Shown here: positions 1-10,068 of the stretch, one piece after another
Layout of the letters: each line of letters opens with the position of its first letter
How positions within the stretch are numbered: position 1 is the first letter of the stretch
Sequence record: OR424386.1
Strand: one strand, 5' to 3'
DNA from: Escherichia phage vB-Eco-KMB25
DNA length: 50,475 nucleotides
Notes under the pieces: model-generated
What the model was told of the DNA's origin: nothing
The model's input: only the letters and a program-made list of their open reading frames with translations
The model's database searches: none
Translations under genes and position numbers: made by a program

Positions 1-525
1 ATGGCTAAAAAAACAGAAGCGCCAGCGGCGGAAAGTCTAAACTTTAAAAAGTTATGGAATAAGCGATATTCCGATCTGGTAGGTATTGAGATTGATAAAC
101 GCGCAACGCTAACGCCGGAACAAGTCATGAACCTGATTGTTCAGTATTTTGAGTGGGCGGAGCTAAACGCCATTAAAGCAGGTGAGACTACATCCTTTCA
201 GGGTCGAGTGTATCAGGATACGATTCACAAGCCGCGTATTTTTACATGGGAAGGGTTAAAGCTGTTTTGCGGTTTTTCAGGCACAGCACTAGCAAAGTGG
301 AAACTTAAACCAGGCTATGATGTTGTTATTGAGTTTGCGGAATCGGTAATCAAAGAACAAAAATACCAGTTAGCTGCAAACGGAATGATTAACAGCACCA
401 TGATCGCAAAAGAGCTTGGCATTGATAAAGGCGACACGTTCAATATTAGCGCCAATGCTGAAACGGAAGTTAACACGGAAGAAGCAATGAAAAACGCCGT
501 CGCAAGCGTTCTAAGTAAAATTTAA
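1..525 (+). CDS. terminase small subunit (putative)
   Basis: 174-aa ORF abutting the large terminase gene at the head of the packaging operon; assigned by synteny and size only. Confidence 0.5.
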   Translation: MAKKTEAPAAESLNFKKLWNKRYSDLVGIEIDKRATLTPEQVMNLIVQYFEWAELNAIKAGETTSFQGRVYQDTIHKPRIFTWEGLKLFCGFSGTALAKWKLKPGYDVVIEFAESVIKEQKYQLAANGMINSTMIAKELGIDKGDTFNISANAETEVNTEEAMKNAVASVLSKI

Positions 526-536
526 GGGTGAATGCT

Positions 537-2108
537 ATGTTGATATGGGAAGATTTAAGCAAGTTAGAAAAGCTGGCTATTAAAGAATTGAGTACACACG
601 ATTTTGATACTTTCGTTAAAATCTGGTTCCCGATCCAGCAAGGGGAAAAATGGATTCCTAACTGGCATCACCTTTATATCGCAAGAGCGATTGATGAAAT
701 TATTGAAGGTACGCGGAAAGATACGATCTTTAATGTAACTCCAGGCTCAGGTAAGACGGAATTACTTTCTATCCATTTCCCTCCGTATTCTTATTTAAAA
801 CTTAATAAGGTGCGGAACCTAAATATTTCATTTGCCGATACGCTTGTTAAACGAAACAGTAAGCGTGTGCGTGATCTGGTTAATTCGCGAGAATGGCAAG
901 AGCTTTTCCCTGCAAAAACTGGTACAAGCAAAGATGATGAATTTCAGGTTTTAAATGACGCTGGCAAAGTTCGACTTGAAATGATTAGTAAATCAATGGG
1001 CGGTCAAATTACTGGTAGCCGTGGCGGTTATATCACTCCTGGTATTTATTCCGGTTGCGTTACGCTTGACGATCCAGAAAAGCCCGATGATATGTTTTCG
1101 AAGGTGAAGCGTGAGCGCGGTCAGATGATAGCGAAGAACACCATTCGATCACGTCGCGCACATTCAGAAACGCCAATTATCGTTATCCAGCAGCGTTTAC
1201 ATGCGCAGGATATGACATGGTTTCTGATGAATGGCGGAATGGGTATTGAATTTGATCAGATATCAATTCCGGCTATGGTTACAGAGGAGTACGGGAAATC
1301 GCTTCCTGATTGGTTGCAGCCGCACTTTGAAAAGGATGTGCTTTCGTCTGAATACATCGTTATTGACGGCGTGAAGTATTATTCTTTTTGGCCTAGCAAG
1401 GAAAGCATTCATGACTTGAAAGCGCTACGCGATGCGGATTTGTACACGTTCCTTTCTCAGTATCAGCAAGAGCCAATTGCTCTTGGAGGTAACGCAATTA
1501 ACGTTGGATGGTTCCAGTATTACGGAACCGGAGAAAAATCAACTATGCCAAAACCGGATCGCTTTGATTATACGTTTATTACAGCAGATACCGCTCAGAA
1601 AGAAGGTGAGCTAAACGACTACAGCGTTTTATGTTATTGGGGCATGTTCAAAGGCCGTATATATTTTATTGACGGTGTGCGCGGAAAATGGGAAGCGCCA
1701 ATGTTAGAAACACAGTTTAAAGCGTTTGTTAAACAGTGCTGGAACCGTAACAAAGAATGCGGAAACTTGCGTAAAATTTACGTGGAAGATAAAGCGAGCG
1801 GTACAGGTTTGATCCAGAATTGCCGCAAAGCATTTCCGATAGAAATTACGCCAGTGCAACGCGATAAAGACAAAGTAACGCGCTGCATGGACGCTCAGCC
1901 AGTGATCAAGAATGGTTATGTTGTATTGCCTGAATCGCATCACATGCTTGCTGAATTTCTGGCAGAGGCGGCGGCATTCACTTATGATGATAGCCATCCT
2001 CATGATGATATTATGGATAACCTTTTTGATGCTGTTAATATTGAGCTTAACCTTGCTGATAATGCGGTTGATAGAATGAAGCGTTTAGCTGGATTAGCGA
2101 AGCGTTAA
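537..2108 (+). CDS. terminase large subunit
   Basis: About 520 aa between terS and portal; Walker A-like TPGSGKT near N-terminus; ATG 537 follows AAGGG RBS (track start 528 is GTG). Confidence 0.75.
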   Translation: MLIWEDLSKLEKLAIKELSTHDFDTFVKIWFPIQQGEKWIPNWHHLYIARAIDEIIEGTRKDTIFNVTPGSGKTELLSIHFPPYSYLKLNKVRNLNISFADTLVKRNSKRVRDLVNSREWQELFPAKTGTSKDDEFQVLNDAGKVRLEMISKSMGGQITGSRGGYITPGIYSGCVTLDDPEKPDDMFSKVKRERGQMIAKNTIRSRRAHSETPIIVIQQRLHAQDMTWFLMNGGMGIEFDQISIPAMVTEEYGKSLPDWLQPHFEKDVLSSEYIVIDGVKYYSFWPSKESIHDLKALRDADLYTFLSQYQQEPIALGGNAINVGWFQYYGTGEKSTMPKPDRFDYTFITADTAQKEGELNDYSVLCYWGMFKGRIYFIDGVRGKWEAPMLETQFKAFVKQCWNRNKECGNLRKIYVEDKASGTGLIQNCRKAFPIEITPVQRDKDKVTRCMDAQPVIKNGYVVLPESHHMLAEFLAEAAAFTYDDSHPHDDIMDNLFDAVNIELNLADNAVDRMKRLAGLAKR

Positions 2109-2120
2109 TGTGTAAAATCA

Positions 2121-2147
2121 AAGGCTGGAATATTCCGGCCTTTTTTA
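2121..2147 (+). terminator. hairpin plus T-run between terL and portal (attenuator-type terminator)
   Basis: GGCTGGA-ATAT-TCCGGCC followed by TTTTTT. Confidence 0.5.
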
Positions 2148-2161
2148 TTATGGGGGTATTT

Positions 2162-3457
2162 ATGAGCGACAAGGTAAAGGCCATTACTAAAGAAGATGGT
2201 TACAACGAAATTTTCGGATCTAAAGATGGAACGTTTAGGCCAAATGCTTTTTACATGCAAAGTGCGGCATTTAAAACGTTATCGCAGTTTTATGAAGAAG
2301 ATGGAATGGCTAGGCGCATTGTCGATGTTATTCCAGAAGAAATGGTAACGCCTGGTTTTAAAGTTGACGGCGTGAAAAATGAAAAGTCTTTTAAATCGCG
2401 TTGGGATGAATTGCGATTAAACGCTAAAATTATTGATGCGCTTTCATGGTCGCGTTTATTTGGCGGTTCTGCAATTCTTGCTGTTGTTGCTGATAACAGA
2501 ATGCTGAAATCACCTGTAAAGCCTGGTGCACAACTTGAAGATATTCGCGTATATGATCGCTATCAGATCACCATTCAGGAACGTGAAACTAATGCGCGGA
2601 GTGTTCGTTACGGTGAGCCAAAACTTTATAAGATATCACCTGGCGGAGATATACCTGAATTCTTTGTTCATTACTCGCGTATTTGCATCATTGATGGTGA
2701 GCGCGTATCGAATGAAAAACGCAGTCAAAATGATGGTTGGGGCGCAAGCATTTTAAACAAGCGTTTGATTGAGGCGATTATTGATTATAACTATTGCCAT
2801 GAATTAGCAACGCAATTGCTACGCAGAAAACAACAAGCAGTATGGAAAGCGCGTGATCTGGCTTTGATGTGCGACGATGAAGAAGGGCGCTATGCGGCGC
2901 GTTTGCGTTTGGCTCAGGTTGATGACGAAAGCGGAGTTGGTAAGGCAATTGGTATTGATGCCACCGATGAAGAATATGAGGTTCTCAATTCTGACGTTTC
3001 CGGCGTTCCAGAGTTCTTACAGGAAAAGATTGATCGAATTGTTGCACTAACTGGCATTCATGAAATCATCCTCAAAAATAAGAACACTGGCGGCGTTTCA
3101 GCGAGTCAAAACACGGCGCTAGAGACTTTCTATAAGTTAATTGATCGCAAGCGCGGAGAGGATTACAAGCCGATTCTTGAATTCCTTTTGCCGTTCATGA
3201 TCTCAGAAGCGGAATGGTCGATTGAATTCGAGCCGTTAAGCGTTCCGAGTGATAAGGATAAAGCTGAAATCATGGCTAAAAACGTTGAGTCAATCGTTAA
3301 GCTGAAAGCAGAGCAAGCGATCGATCTTAAAGAAACGCGAGAGACTTTGCGATCAATCTGCCCTGACATTAAAATTAGTGATGGTGACAACATTGAACTA
3401 CCAGATCCAGAAGAACAGGAACCGGAACCAGGAACGGAGGAATTAAACAATGAATGA
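2162..3457 (+). CDS. portal protein (putative)
   Basis: 431 aa directly after terL; strongly acidic C-terminal tail (PDPEEQEPEPGTEE); ATG 2162 behind GGGGG RBS. Confidence 0.6.
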   Translation: MSDKVKAITKEDGYNEIFGSKDGTFRPNAFYMQSAAFKTLSQFYEEDGMARRIVDVIPEEMVTPGFKVDGVKNEKSFKSRWDELRLNAKIIDALSWSRLFGGSAILAVVADNRMLKSPVKPGAQLEDIRVYDRYQITIQERETNARSVRYGEPKLYKISPGGDIPEFFVHYSRICIIDGERVSNEKRSQNDGWGASILNKRLIEAIIDYNYCHELATQLLRRKQQAVWKARDLALMCDDEEGRYAARLRLAQVDDESGVGKAIGIDATDEEYEVLNSDVSGVPEFLQEKIDRIVALTGIHEIILKNKNTGGVSASQNTALETFYKLIDRKRGEDYKPILEFLLPFMISEAEWSIEFEPLSVPSDKDKAEIMAKNVESIVKLKAEQAIDLKETRETLRSICPDIKISDGDNIELPDPEEQEPEPGTEELNNE

Positions 3458-4190
3458 TGTCTCATGGAGATTTCCAGAGGCAACGAGGCGCGACGTTGAT
3501 CGCGCCTTACAATTGCTTGTGAGGGATCTTGTTGTAAGAATGCGCCGTAACACAAAGCGCCTTAAATTTGATGATCAGGTTAGTGAAGCGGCGGCAGATA
3601 ATGAATCATACGCAGAGGAATTAATTTCCGCATTCATTGCGCTACTGCCAACTTTCGCGCTATCCATCTATAAATTCAACTCAAAGGAATTTATCAGGAT
3701 CGCAAATAAGACGGGAGGCAAGAATAATTTAGCCGTCCTGTTGCTGATTGGTCGAGGTGCTAACGCTGGTGAATCGTGGTACGCGCCTAAATATCATGTA
3801 TGGCGGCAAATGGTGCGCGACTCTATCAGAAAGATGGTTGACAATATTCTTGACGATTGGGAGATGCAAGTAAGGTTAGCCGAATTGCACGAAGCGGATC
3901 AGAAAAGACTAAATGCAATTATCGAAAGGCGATTTAAGGTATATAAAAATTGGGCGTCCCGTCGCACTTCTGGTATAGTTGGCGCTTGGAATAGCGTGTT
4001 AATGTATCAGCGTTGCGTTGATGCTGGCGTTACCCATTATATTTGGCGCGGTCAGTTAGATGATCGCGAGCGTGAAAAACATTTGATGTGGGAAAAGAAA
4101 CGGATCGCCTTAACATCCAATCATGTTTTTCCTGGTGAGGAATTTAATTGTCGTTGTTGGGCGCAGCCGGATTGGGAGACAGCAAAATGA
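3450..4190 (+). CDS. head morphogenesis / minor head protein (putative)
   Basis: 246 aa, overlaps portal stop, position typical of F-like minor head protein. Confidence 0.4.
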   Translation: MNDVSWRFPEATRRDVDRALQLLVRDLVVRMRRNTKRLKFDDQVSEAAADNESYAEELISAFIALLPTFALSIYKFNSKEFIRIANKTGGKNNLAVLLLIGRGANAGESWYAPKYHVWRQMVRDSIRKMVDNILDDWEMQVRLAELHEADQKRLNAIIERRFKVYKNWASRRTSGIVGAWNSVLMYQRCVDAGVTHYIWRGQLDDREREKHLMWEKKRIALTSNHVFPGEEFNCRCWAQPDWETAK

Positions 4191-5296
4191 AAAAAGTGCA
4201 ACGTTTTGATAGCGTGAGAGTAAAAGCGCATTTTGATGAACATGGTTTTTTAGTTGATCGTCCTATTGTGGCGCGAATTGGTTTGCAGATTTACCAAACG
4301 CCATTTGGAGAGCGTAGAGAATTCAGGCCAGCAAGTGAAGTGTTTAAAGCTGATAGCCTGGCGACTTACGCAGGGAAACCAATCACAGTAGGTCACGTCA
4401 CCGTAACGCCGGAAAATGCGCGTGATGTTGTAGTTGGTACTTGTTCAGGCGCTGGCATTCCAAATGGGATCGGAGTTGAAGCACCTTTAAATATTTACGC
4501 AAAGGATGCAATTGAAAGCGCGAAGAAAAAACAAACGGCTGAAATTAGCGTTGGTTATACGTCGATTGATATTGATAAGCCTGGTTATGGATCTAATGAA
4601 ACTGGTGAATACATCTTTGAAGAAGATCTAAAAGAAGATGAACAGCCGCCTGAAGGATGGGTAAAATTTGATGCGCTGCAAACAAGCATTAGTGTTAACC
4701 ATATTGCGTTAGTGTTTAAGGGTCGCGCTGGAATTGCAAAATTGAATCTTGATAGCGAGCAAGAATTCCCGTATGATATCGACGTTAAATTAAATAAAGA
4801 GGATGAGGCTATGACCGTTAAAATTAAACTTGATGGTGCTGTTGAATTTGACGTACCAAAAGAAGTTGCTACTTTTATCGAAACCGTGAAAGCAGACGCT
4901 ACAGCGGCAAAAACTAAAGCCGATAGCCTGGAAGCAGAGCGCGATGCGCTACAGGCGAAAGTTGACGGCATTCCGGCGCAGATTGAAGAAGCCGTGAAAA
5001 AAGCAAAAGCTGACGCTGATGAACATGCCGCGCTGGTCGCTACCGCTTCCGAAGTTGGAGTAAAATGCGACGGCCTAACCGCCAAAGAAATTAAGATCGC
5101 ATATGTAAAAGAGGTCATGGGTAATGACATTAGCGCAAAGGCTGATGCATATATTGATACCGCTTTTGATATCGCTAAAGAATCTGATAAAATGGCGGCT
5201 CAACGTATCGCATTAAAAGGCGATGCAGCAAAAAACAAACAGGATGCAGCGGAAACAGTTCTTGATCCTTCCGCACGTCTGAATAAAGCTAAGTAA
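4187..5296 (+). CDS. scaffolding / prohead protease-like protein (putative)
   Basis: ATGA overlap with upstream gene; Ala/Lys/Glu-rich predicted coiled-coil C-terminus (AKTKADSLEAERDALQAKVD...) typical of scaffolds. Confidence 0.4.
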   Translation: MKKVQRFDSVRVKAHFDEHGFLVDRPIVARIGLQIYQTPFGERREFRPASEVFKADSLATYAGKPITVGHVTVTPENARDVVVGTCSGAGIPNGIGVEAPLNIYAKDAIESAKKKQTAEISVGYTSIDIDKPGYGSNETGEYIFEEDLKEDEQPPEGWVKFDALQTSISVNHIALVFKGRAGIAKLNLDSEQEFPYDIDVKLNKEDEAMTVKIKLDGAVEFDVPKEVATFIETVKADATAAKTKADSLEAERDALQAKVDGIPAQIEEAVKKAKADADEHAALVATASEVGVKCDGLTAKEIKIAYVKEVMGNDISAKADAYIDTAFDIAKESDKMAAQRIALKGDAAKNKQDAAETVLDPSARLNKAK

Positions 5297-5308
5297 GGAG
5301 AAAATATT

Positions 5309-5788
5309 ATGGCTCAGATTTCAGCAAGTTATCATGTTGCAATGGCTCGCGCCTTGCCTGGTCAAGTTTCTGACACTTCCGCGTATAACATCGACGGCGC
5401 TTGTGTTCTTGATGGTGATGCCGGATCAACAATTTATGTTGGCGTTGGTGTTCAACATGGCGGAGTTAGCGCAAGCGGTGAGAAATTAATTAAGGCTATG
5501 GCGGCGTCTGGTAATGCTTATGGTGTTGCTATTCGATCCAACTTCCAGACCACATCTAAAGATGGTCGCATGGTTTATGAGGCTGGTAGCGGAATTAACG
5601 TAATGACTAAAGGGCGCGTTTGGATGCTATCTGTAGAATCAAAAGCGCCAGCATTCAAAAAACCTATCAAACTTAACAATTCAGGACAGGTTGATTTAAC
5701 GTCTGGATTAATTGAAACTACTTGGATCGCAACTGGAGACTTTACGGAATTCCAAGGTCTAAAACTCGTTGAGGTTCAACTGGTATAA
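5309..5788 (+). CDS. head-associated protein, paralogue 1
   Basis: 159 aa; shares YNIDG and GR(V/I)W motifs with the next gene. Confidence 0.3.
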   Translation: MAQISASYHVAMARALPGQVSDTSAYNIDGACVLDGDAGSTIYVGVGVQHGGVSASGEKLIKAMAASGNAYGVAIRSNFQTTSKDGRMVYEAGSGINVMTKGRVWMLSVESKAPAFKKPIKLNNSGQVDLTSGLIETTWIATGDFTEFQGLKLVEVQLV

Positions 5789-5792
5789 TAAT

Positions 5793-5817
5793 AAGGCCGG
5801 ATTATTCCGGCCTTTTA
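5793..5817 (+). terminator. hairpin plus T-run (near-copy of the 2121 element)
   Basis: GGCCGGA-TTAT-TCCGGCC followed by TTTT. Confidence 0.5.
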
Positions 5818-5831
5818 TATATGGTGGTTTT

Positions 5832-6272
5832 ATGTCTGATTACGGTTCTGTAATAGGTATAGTTGAAAATGGGTGCTTGGTAGATTCAAGCCTTTATAAT
5901 ATAGATGGCTCGCCAGTTATGGATGTTTCAGCCGTGATAGGTAAGGCCGTATGTGTTGATCGCATATCTTGCGGTTACAAAATAATCAGCCACAATTTTA
6001 ATGAAAACTCAAAGCATTACGGAATCGTTACGCGTGATTATATGGATTTTTGCAAAGAATATTACGACGCCGGAGATCCGGTTAACGTAATAACTCATGG
6101 TCGAATTTGGGTAATCACTCAGGACGAACAGGATATTCCATCGTATAAAGATCCTGTTTTTGTTAAAGACAATGGCTCTATATCAACAAGTGGATTTCCT
6201 ACTAGTTGGTTTTTTACTGGCGAATACGTAAGATATTCACACGGATATATTTTACTATCAGTTCAGTTGTAG
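5832..6272 (+). CDS. head-associated protein, paralogue 2
   Basis: 146 aa from ATG 5832 behind hairpin and GGTGG RBS; tandem paralogue of 5309-5788. Confidence 0.3.
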   Translation: MSDYGSVIGIVENGCLVDSSLYNIDGSPVMDVSAVIGKAVCVDRISCGYKIISHNFNENSKHYGIVTRDYMDFCKEYYDAGDPVNVITHGRIWVITQDEQDIPSYKDPVFVKDNGSISTSGFPTSWFFTGEYVRYSHGYILLSVQL

Positions 6273-6361
6273 TGTGCTAACACAAAAAACACTTGAACGT
6301 TTAACAAAAAATGCTATATTAAAGCCGTTATTATGACGGCTTTTCTATGAGGGAAAATATT

Positions 6362-7336
6362 ATGTCTAAAGAAATGAAATATGATGAATTTGAAGCAAAC
6401 GTGATCGCCAACCATATGCAGTTACGCGGCGCTAAAAACGACGCATCTGATATGGGTATTTGGACGGCTCAAGAGCTTCATAAAATTAAGGCTCAAGCCT
6501 ATGAGAAAGAATATCCGGCAGGTTCCGCGCTGCGTGTATTTCCTGTAACGTCCGAACTTTCTGATACAGATAAAACCTTTGAATATCAGACTTTCGACAA
6601 AGTAGGACACGCAAAAATCATCGCTGATTACACTGATGATCTGCCAACTGTTGACGCGCTGATGACTTCTGAATTTGGTAAAGTGTTCCGCCTGGGTAAT
6701 GCGTTCCTGATTTCCATTGACGAAATCAAAGCAGGTCAACGCACTGGCAAGAGCCTTTCCACTCGCAAGGCAAACGCCGCACAGAATGCGCATGATCAGC
6801 TTGTAAACCACCTGGTTTTCAAAGGTTCTAAACCGCATAAAATTATCAGCGTGTTTGAACATCCAAACCTGACAACTATCAACTCCGCAGGTTGGAACAA
6901 CGCCGCAGGTACTGGTAAAAAGCCGGAAACCGCACAGGATGAATTAGAGCAAGCGATTGAAAAAATCGAAACGCTGACCAACGGGCAGCACCGCGCCAAT
7001 ATGATCCTGATTCCGCCGTCAATGCGTAAAGTTCTGATGGTTCGTATGCCGGAAACAACCATGAGCTATCTTGATTATTTCAAGCAGCAGAATGGCGGTA
7101 TCACTATCGAATCCATTTCCGAGCTTGAAGATATCGACGGCGCAGGTACTAAAGCGGCGCTGGTTTACGAAAAAGATCCAATGAACATGAGCATTGAGAT
7201 TCCAGAAGCGTTTAACATGCTGACCGCGCAACCTAAAGACCTGCATTTCAAAGTGCCTTGCACCTCTAAATGTACTGGCCTGACGATTTACCGTCCGTTA
7301 ACGCTGGTTCTGATTAAAGGTCTTGTAGTAGGCTGA
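6362..7336 (+). CDS. major capsid protein (putative)
   Basis: 324 aa in the head gene block; ATG 6362 behind GAGGG RBS; flanked by terminator hairpins as expected for a highly expressed gene. Confidence 0.55.
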   Translation: MSKEMKYDEFEANVIANHMQLRGAKNDASDMGIWTAQELHKIKAQAYEKEYPAGSALRVFPVTSELSDTDKTFEYQTFDKVGHAKIIADYTDDLPTVDALMTSEFGKVFRLGNAFLISIDEIKAGQRTGKSLSTRKANAAQNAHDQLVNHLVFKGSKPHKIISVFEHPNLTTINSAGWNNAAGTGKKPETAQDELEQAIEKIETLTNGQHRANMILIPPSMRKVLMVRMPETTMSYLDYFKQQNGGITIESISELEDIDGAGTKAALVYEKDPMNMSIEIPEAFNMLTAQPKDLHFKVPCTSKCTGLTIYRPLTLVLIKGLVVG

Positions 7337-7352
7337 TAATTCAATTAATATA

Positions 7353-7381
7353 GGGAACCGTTAAAAGGTTCCCTTTTTTTA
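7353..7381 (+). terminator. rho-independent terminator after the capsid gene
   Basis: GGGAACC-GTTAAAA-GGTTCCC followed by TTTTTTT. Confidence 0.6.
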
Positions 7382-7398
7382 TATCTGGAGAAAAACAA

Positions 7399-7671
7399 AT
7401 GGCTAAAGAAAAAGAAATTACACTGGTTAACACTGGCGTTGCACTGATTATTATTGATCGCGTTGACGTTATGCCAGGTAAGGAAATTACCGTTGCGGAA
7501 AGCGTGTTAGAGCGGCAGGGTACAAAATCACTGGTTGCACAAGGCAAGCTAACCGTAAAAGATAACAGCGAGCTAAACGATAAGATCATTGAAGCGTTCA
7601 ACGAAAAACGCAAGCCAAACCCAACCGAAGGCAAAAGCAAAGCACAGCTTGAGGACGGCGGCGAGTATTAA
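7399..7671 (+). CDS. small structural protein (hypothetical)
   Basis: 90-aa ORF with GGAG RBS between terminator hairpins. Confidence 0.25.
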   Translation: MAKEKEITLVNTGVALIIIDRVDVMPGKEITVAESVLERQGTKSLVAQGKLTVKDNSELNDKIIEAFNEKRKPNPTEGKSKAQLEDGGEY

Positions 7672-7678
7672 TTAGAAA

Positions 7679-7703
7679 GGGCGCTCATATAGCGCCTTTT
7701 TTA
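7679..7703 (+). terminator. rho-independent terminator
   Basis: GGCGCT-CATATA-GCGCC followed by TTTTTT. Confidence 0.55.
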
Positions 7704-7717
7704 TTATGGGGGTTATT

Positions 7718-8137
7718 ATGGTTGATGAAATTTATGGCGATATTGAGATCCTAGAGCAAATTTATAAAATAGCGCCAGCATTCAAGAAAGTTGAACCTGA
7801 ATTGATTCAGGCATGGATTGAACTGGCTAAAGATTTCGTTTGCGAAAAGCATTTCAAAGACAAATATTTCCGCGCTGTTGCTCTTTACACTTTGCACCTG
7901 ATGACTCTTGACGGAGCTATGAAACAGGAAAGTGAGAGCGTAGAAAGCTACTCGCATCGTATAGCGTCATTTTCCCTGACTGGTGAGTTTTCTCAGACAT
8001 TCAGCAAAGTTAGTGACGACACAAGCGGTAACACGTTGCGCCAAACGCCGTGGGGTAAAATGTATGAAGTTCTTAACAAGAAAAAAGGCGGCGGATTTGG
8101 CCTTACAACTGCCTTTAATCGGAGGTGCTCACGATGA
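7718..8137 (+). CDS. head-tail connector / completion protein (putative)
   Basis: Synteny between capsid and tail genes; start region repeats the TTATTATGGGGGTTATTATG module seen at the portal start. Confidence 0.3.
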   Translation: MVDEIYGDIEILEQIYKIAPAFKKVEPELIQAWIELAKDFVCEKHFKDKYFRAVALYTLHLMTLDGAMKQESESVESYSHRIASFSLTGEFSQTFSKVSDDTSGNTLRQTPWGKMYEVLNKKKGGGFGLTTAFNRRCSR

Positions 8138-8505
8138 ATTATGAACAAATCAGATCTATGGCATCGGCTGGAATTAATTTTTTTAGCGATGGAACGGGTG
8201 AATTTGATTGCATTACTCAACCTGGAAGCGTTGAAATTGTTGGCGGTATTGAGGTTGAAAAACCTGAAATAAAGGTGAAGATTAAAGGTCTTGTGAGAGC
8301 ACCACGGACGCGAGAAGTTGACGGAGAGGTAATTAGAGTTACCGACAAGTTAGGCGTTTTTAATGCTGATGTAGAGCTTAAAAACGGATATCAGATTGAT
8401 ATAGACGGCGAGCGTTATGTTATGGTTGAAACAAGACCAATCAGACCAACAAGCATTACCGTTGCTTACCGTCCAATAATGCGGAGGGTTGCGGTTCATG
8501 GCTGA
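8134..8505 (+). CDS. head-tail joining protein (putative)
   Basis: Synteny; ATG 8134 behind GGAGG. Confidence 0.3.
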   Translation: MNYEQIRSMASAGINFFSDGTGEFDCITQPGSVEIVGGIEVEKPEIKVKIKGLVRAPRTREVDGEVIRVTDKLGVFNADVELKNGYQIDIDGERYVMVETRPIRPTSITVAYRPIMRRVAVHG

Positions 8506-8938
8506 TTATTCGATCCGAGAATTTCATGGCAATGTTGACAAATGGATCGAGCAAGTAGAAAGCGGATTGAATGACGTGATTCAGATTTTTGGTGAAAAGG
8601 TTCACGGCGCATTAGTTGATATTGCGCCAGTGGACACAGGACGATTCAAAGCCAATATGCAGATCACAGCAAACAAACCGCCTCTTTACGCGCTCAATCA
8701 ATATGATCCTGATGGTGAGAAAACAAAGGCGGAAGGTCGCAGGACGCTTTATGCTTTATTGCATGGCGGCGGTGCTATCAAATCAATATACTTTTCCAAT
8801 ATGCTGATTTACGCTAATGCTCTTGAGTATGGTCATTCAAAGCAAGCGCCAGCGGGGGTATTTGGTATCGTTGCGATCCGGTTGCGCTCTTACATGGCGG
8901 AAGCGATAAGGGAGGCGAGAAAGAAAAATGCACTATGA
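8489..8938 (+). CDS. tail completion protein (putative)
   Basis: Synteny; overlapping start and stop with neighbours. Confidence 0.3.
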   Translation: MRFMADYSIREFHGNVDKWIEQVESGLNDVIQIFGEKVHGALVDIAPVDTGRFKANMQITANKPPLYALNQYDPDGEKTKAEGRRTLYALLHGGGAIKSIYFSNMLIYANALEYGHSKQAPAGVFGIVAIRLRSYMAEAIREARKKNAL

Positions 8939-9320
8939 ATTATCTGTTGCGGCAAGAATGGCGCTGGCTCAAGAATACGAAAGTGAATATATGATCGCTT
9001 ATGAAAACGTTGAATTTACGCCACCAGAAGGCGGCGGCATTTGGCTGAAATATGACTACAAAGAAGCAGATACAATAATTCACGATCTGAAAAGGAAATG
9101 CATTAGCTATATTGGAATGGTTCAGATCGGAATTGAATTCCCGCCAGGATCAGGAATTGATAAGGCTCGCAAGCTGGCAAAAAATATTGCTGATTTCTTT
9201 GAAGATGGTAAAATGCTTTCGAATGGCTATATTTCAGAAGGTGCAAAAGTGCATCAAGTTCAGAAATCAGAATCAGGATGGTTTTATCCAGTACGTTTTT
9301 ATGTTCGTTATGATGGTTAA
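8928..9320 (+). CDS. tail-associated protein (putative)
   Basis: Synteny only. Confidence 0.3.
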   Translation: MHYELSVAARMALAQEYESEYMIAYENVEFTPPEGGGIWLKYDYKEADTIIHDLKRKCISYIGMVQIGIEFPPGSGIDKARKLAKNIADFFEDGKMLSNGYISEGAKVHQVQKSESGWFYPVRFYVRYDG

Positions 9321-9334
9321 TAAAGGGGGCTATT

Positions 9335-9997
9335 ATGCACTTACCTAACGGATCACAGATTTTTATTGAAAACACGCGCGGCGTGGCAGTAAGCGCAACC
9401 AACGTAAGCAATGCAACAAAACCGGAATTTACGCTTGAAAGCGGCGGTGATGGATTCCAGAAAGGTGATTATATTATCGTTACCGCCTCAAGTTGGGGTA
9501 AGTTGCTTGATCGCGTTCTGCGTGTGACGGCGGCGGAAGCAACTAAGGTTACTGTTGAAGGTATCGACACAACCGATACTAATGTTTTTCCGTCTGGCGC
9601 TGTAACTGCGAGCTTTGCGAAAATCAACGGTTGGACAGAGATCCCATGCGTACAGGATTTGGGGCAGGACGGCGGCGAGCAGCAGTATTACAATTACCAG
9701 TGTTTGAGCGATGACCAGGAGCAGCAGTTACCAACCTATAAAAGCGCGGTATCACTGACTTACACATTTGCGCATGAATACGATAACCCGATTTATCCGC
9801 TCTTGCGTAAGGCTGACGAATCCGGCGACGTTAAAGCATTGCGCATGTATGTACCAAAAGCAAAAGAAATGCGCCTTTGGGCTGGTGTGCTTTCTTTCAA
9901 CGAGATCCCACAAACGTCGGTAAACGAAATGGAAACCGTTTCTTTGTCGGTATCCCTGAAAGGTCGCTTTACTTTCTTGCCGTCTACTCAGGCTTAA
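9335..9997 (+). CDS. major tail protein (putative)
   Basis: 220 aa directly upstream of the chaperone pair and tape measure; followed by a strong terminator hairpin. Confidence 0.5.
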   Translation: MHLPNGSQIFIENTRGVAVSATNVSNATKPEFTLESGGDGFQKGDYIIVTASSWGKLLDRVLRVTAAEATKVTVEGIDTTDTNVFPSGAVTASFAKINGWTEIPCVQDLGQDGGEQQYYNYQCLSDDQEQQLPTYKSAVSLTYTFAHEYDNPIYPLLRKADESGDVKALRMYVPKAKEMRLWAGVLSFNEIPQTSVNEMETVSLSVSLKGRFTFLPSTQA

Positions 9998-10003
9998 TTT
10001 AAA

Positions 10004-10027
10004 GGGGCGCATTGCGTCCCTTTTTTA
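10004..10027 (+). terminator. rho-independent terminator after the major tail gene
   Basis: GGGGCGC-ATT-GCGTCCC followed by TTTTTT. Confidence 0.6.
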
Positions 10028-10068
10028 TTTGATGTAATATCACCTCAATATTTAACAACTCAGGAGAA

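Noticed and set aside
4585-5130. Antisense ORFs inside long plus-strand genes (for example 4585-5130, 6422-6862, 13258-13602, 17084-17350, 17514-17873 on the minus strand)
   Set aside because: Fully embedded in well-supported genes on the other strand, no RBS, low-complexity Ser/Ala-rich translations typical of reverse-frame artefacts
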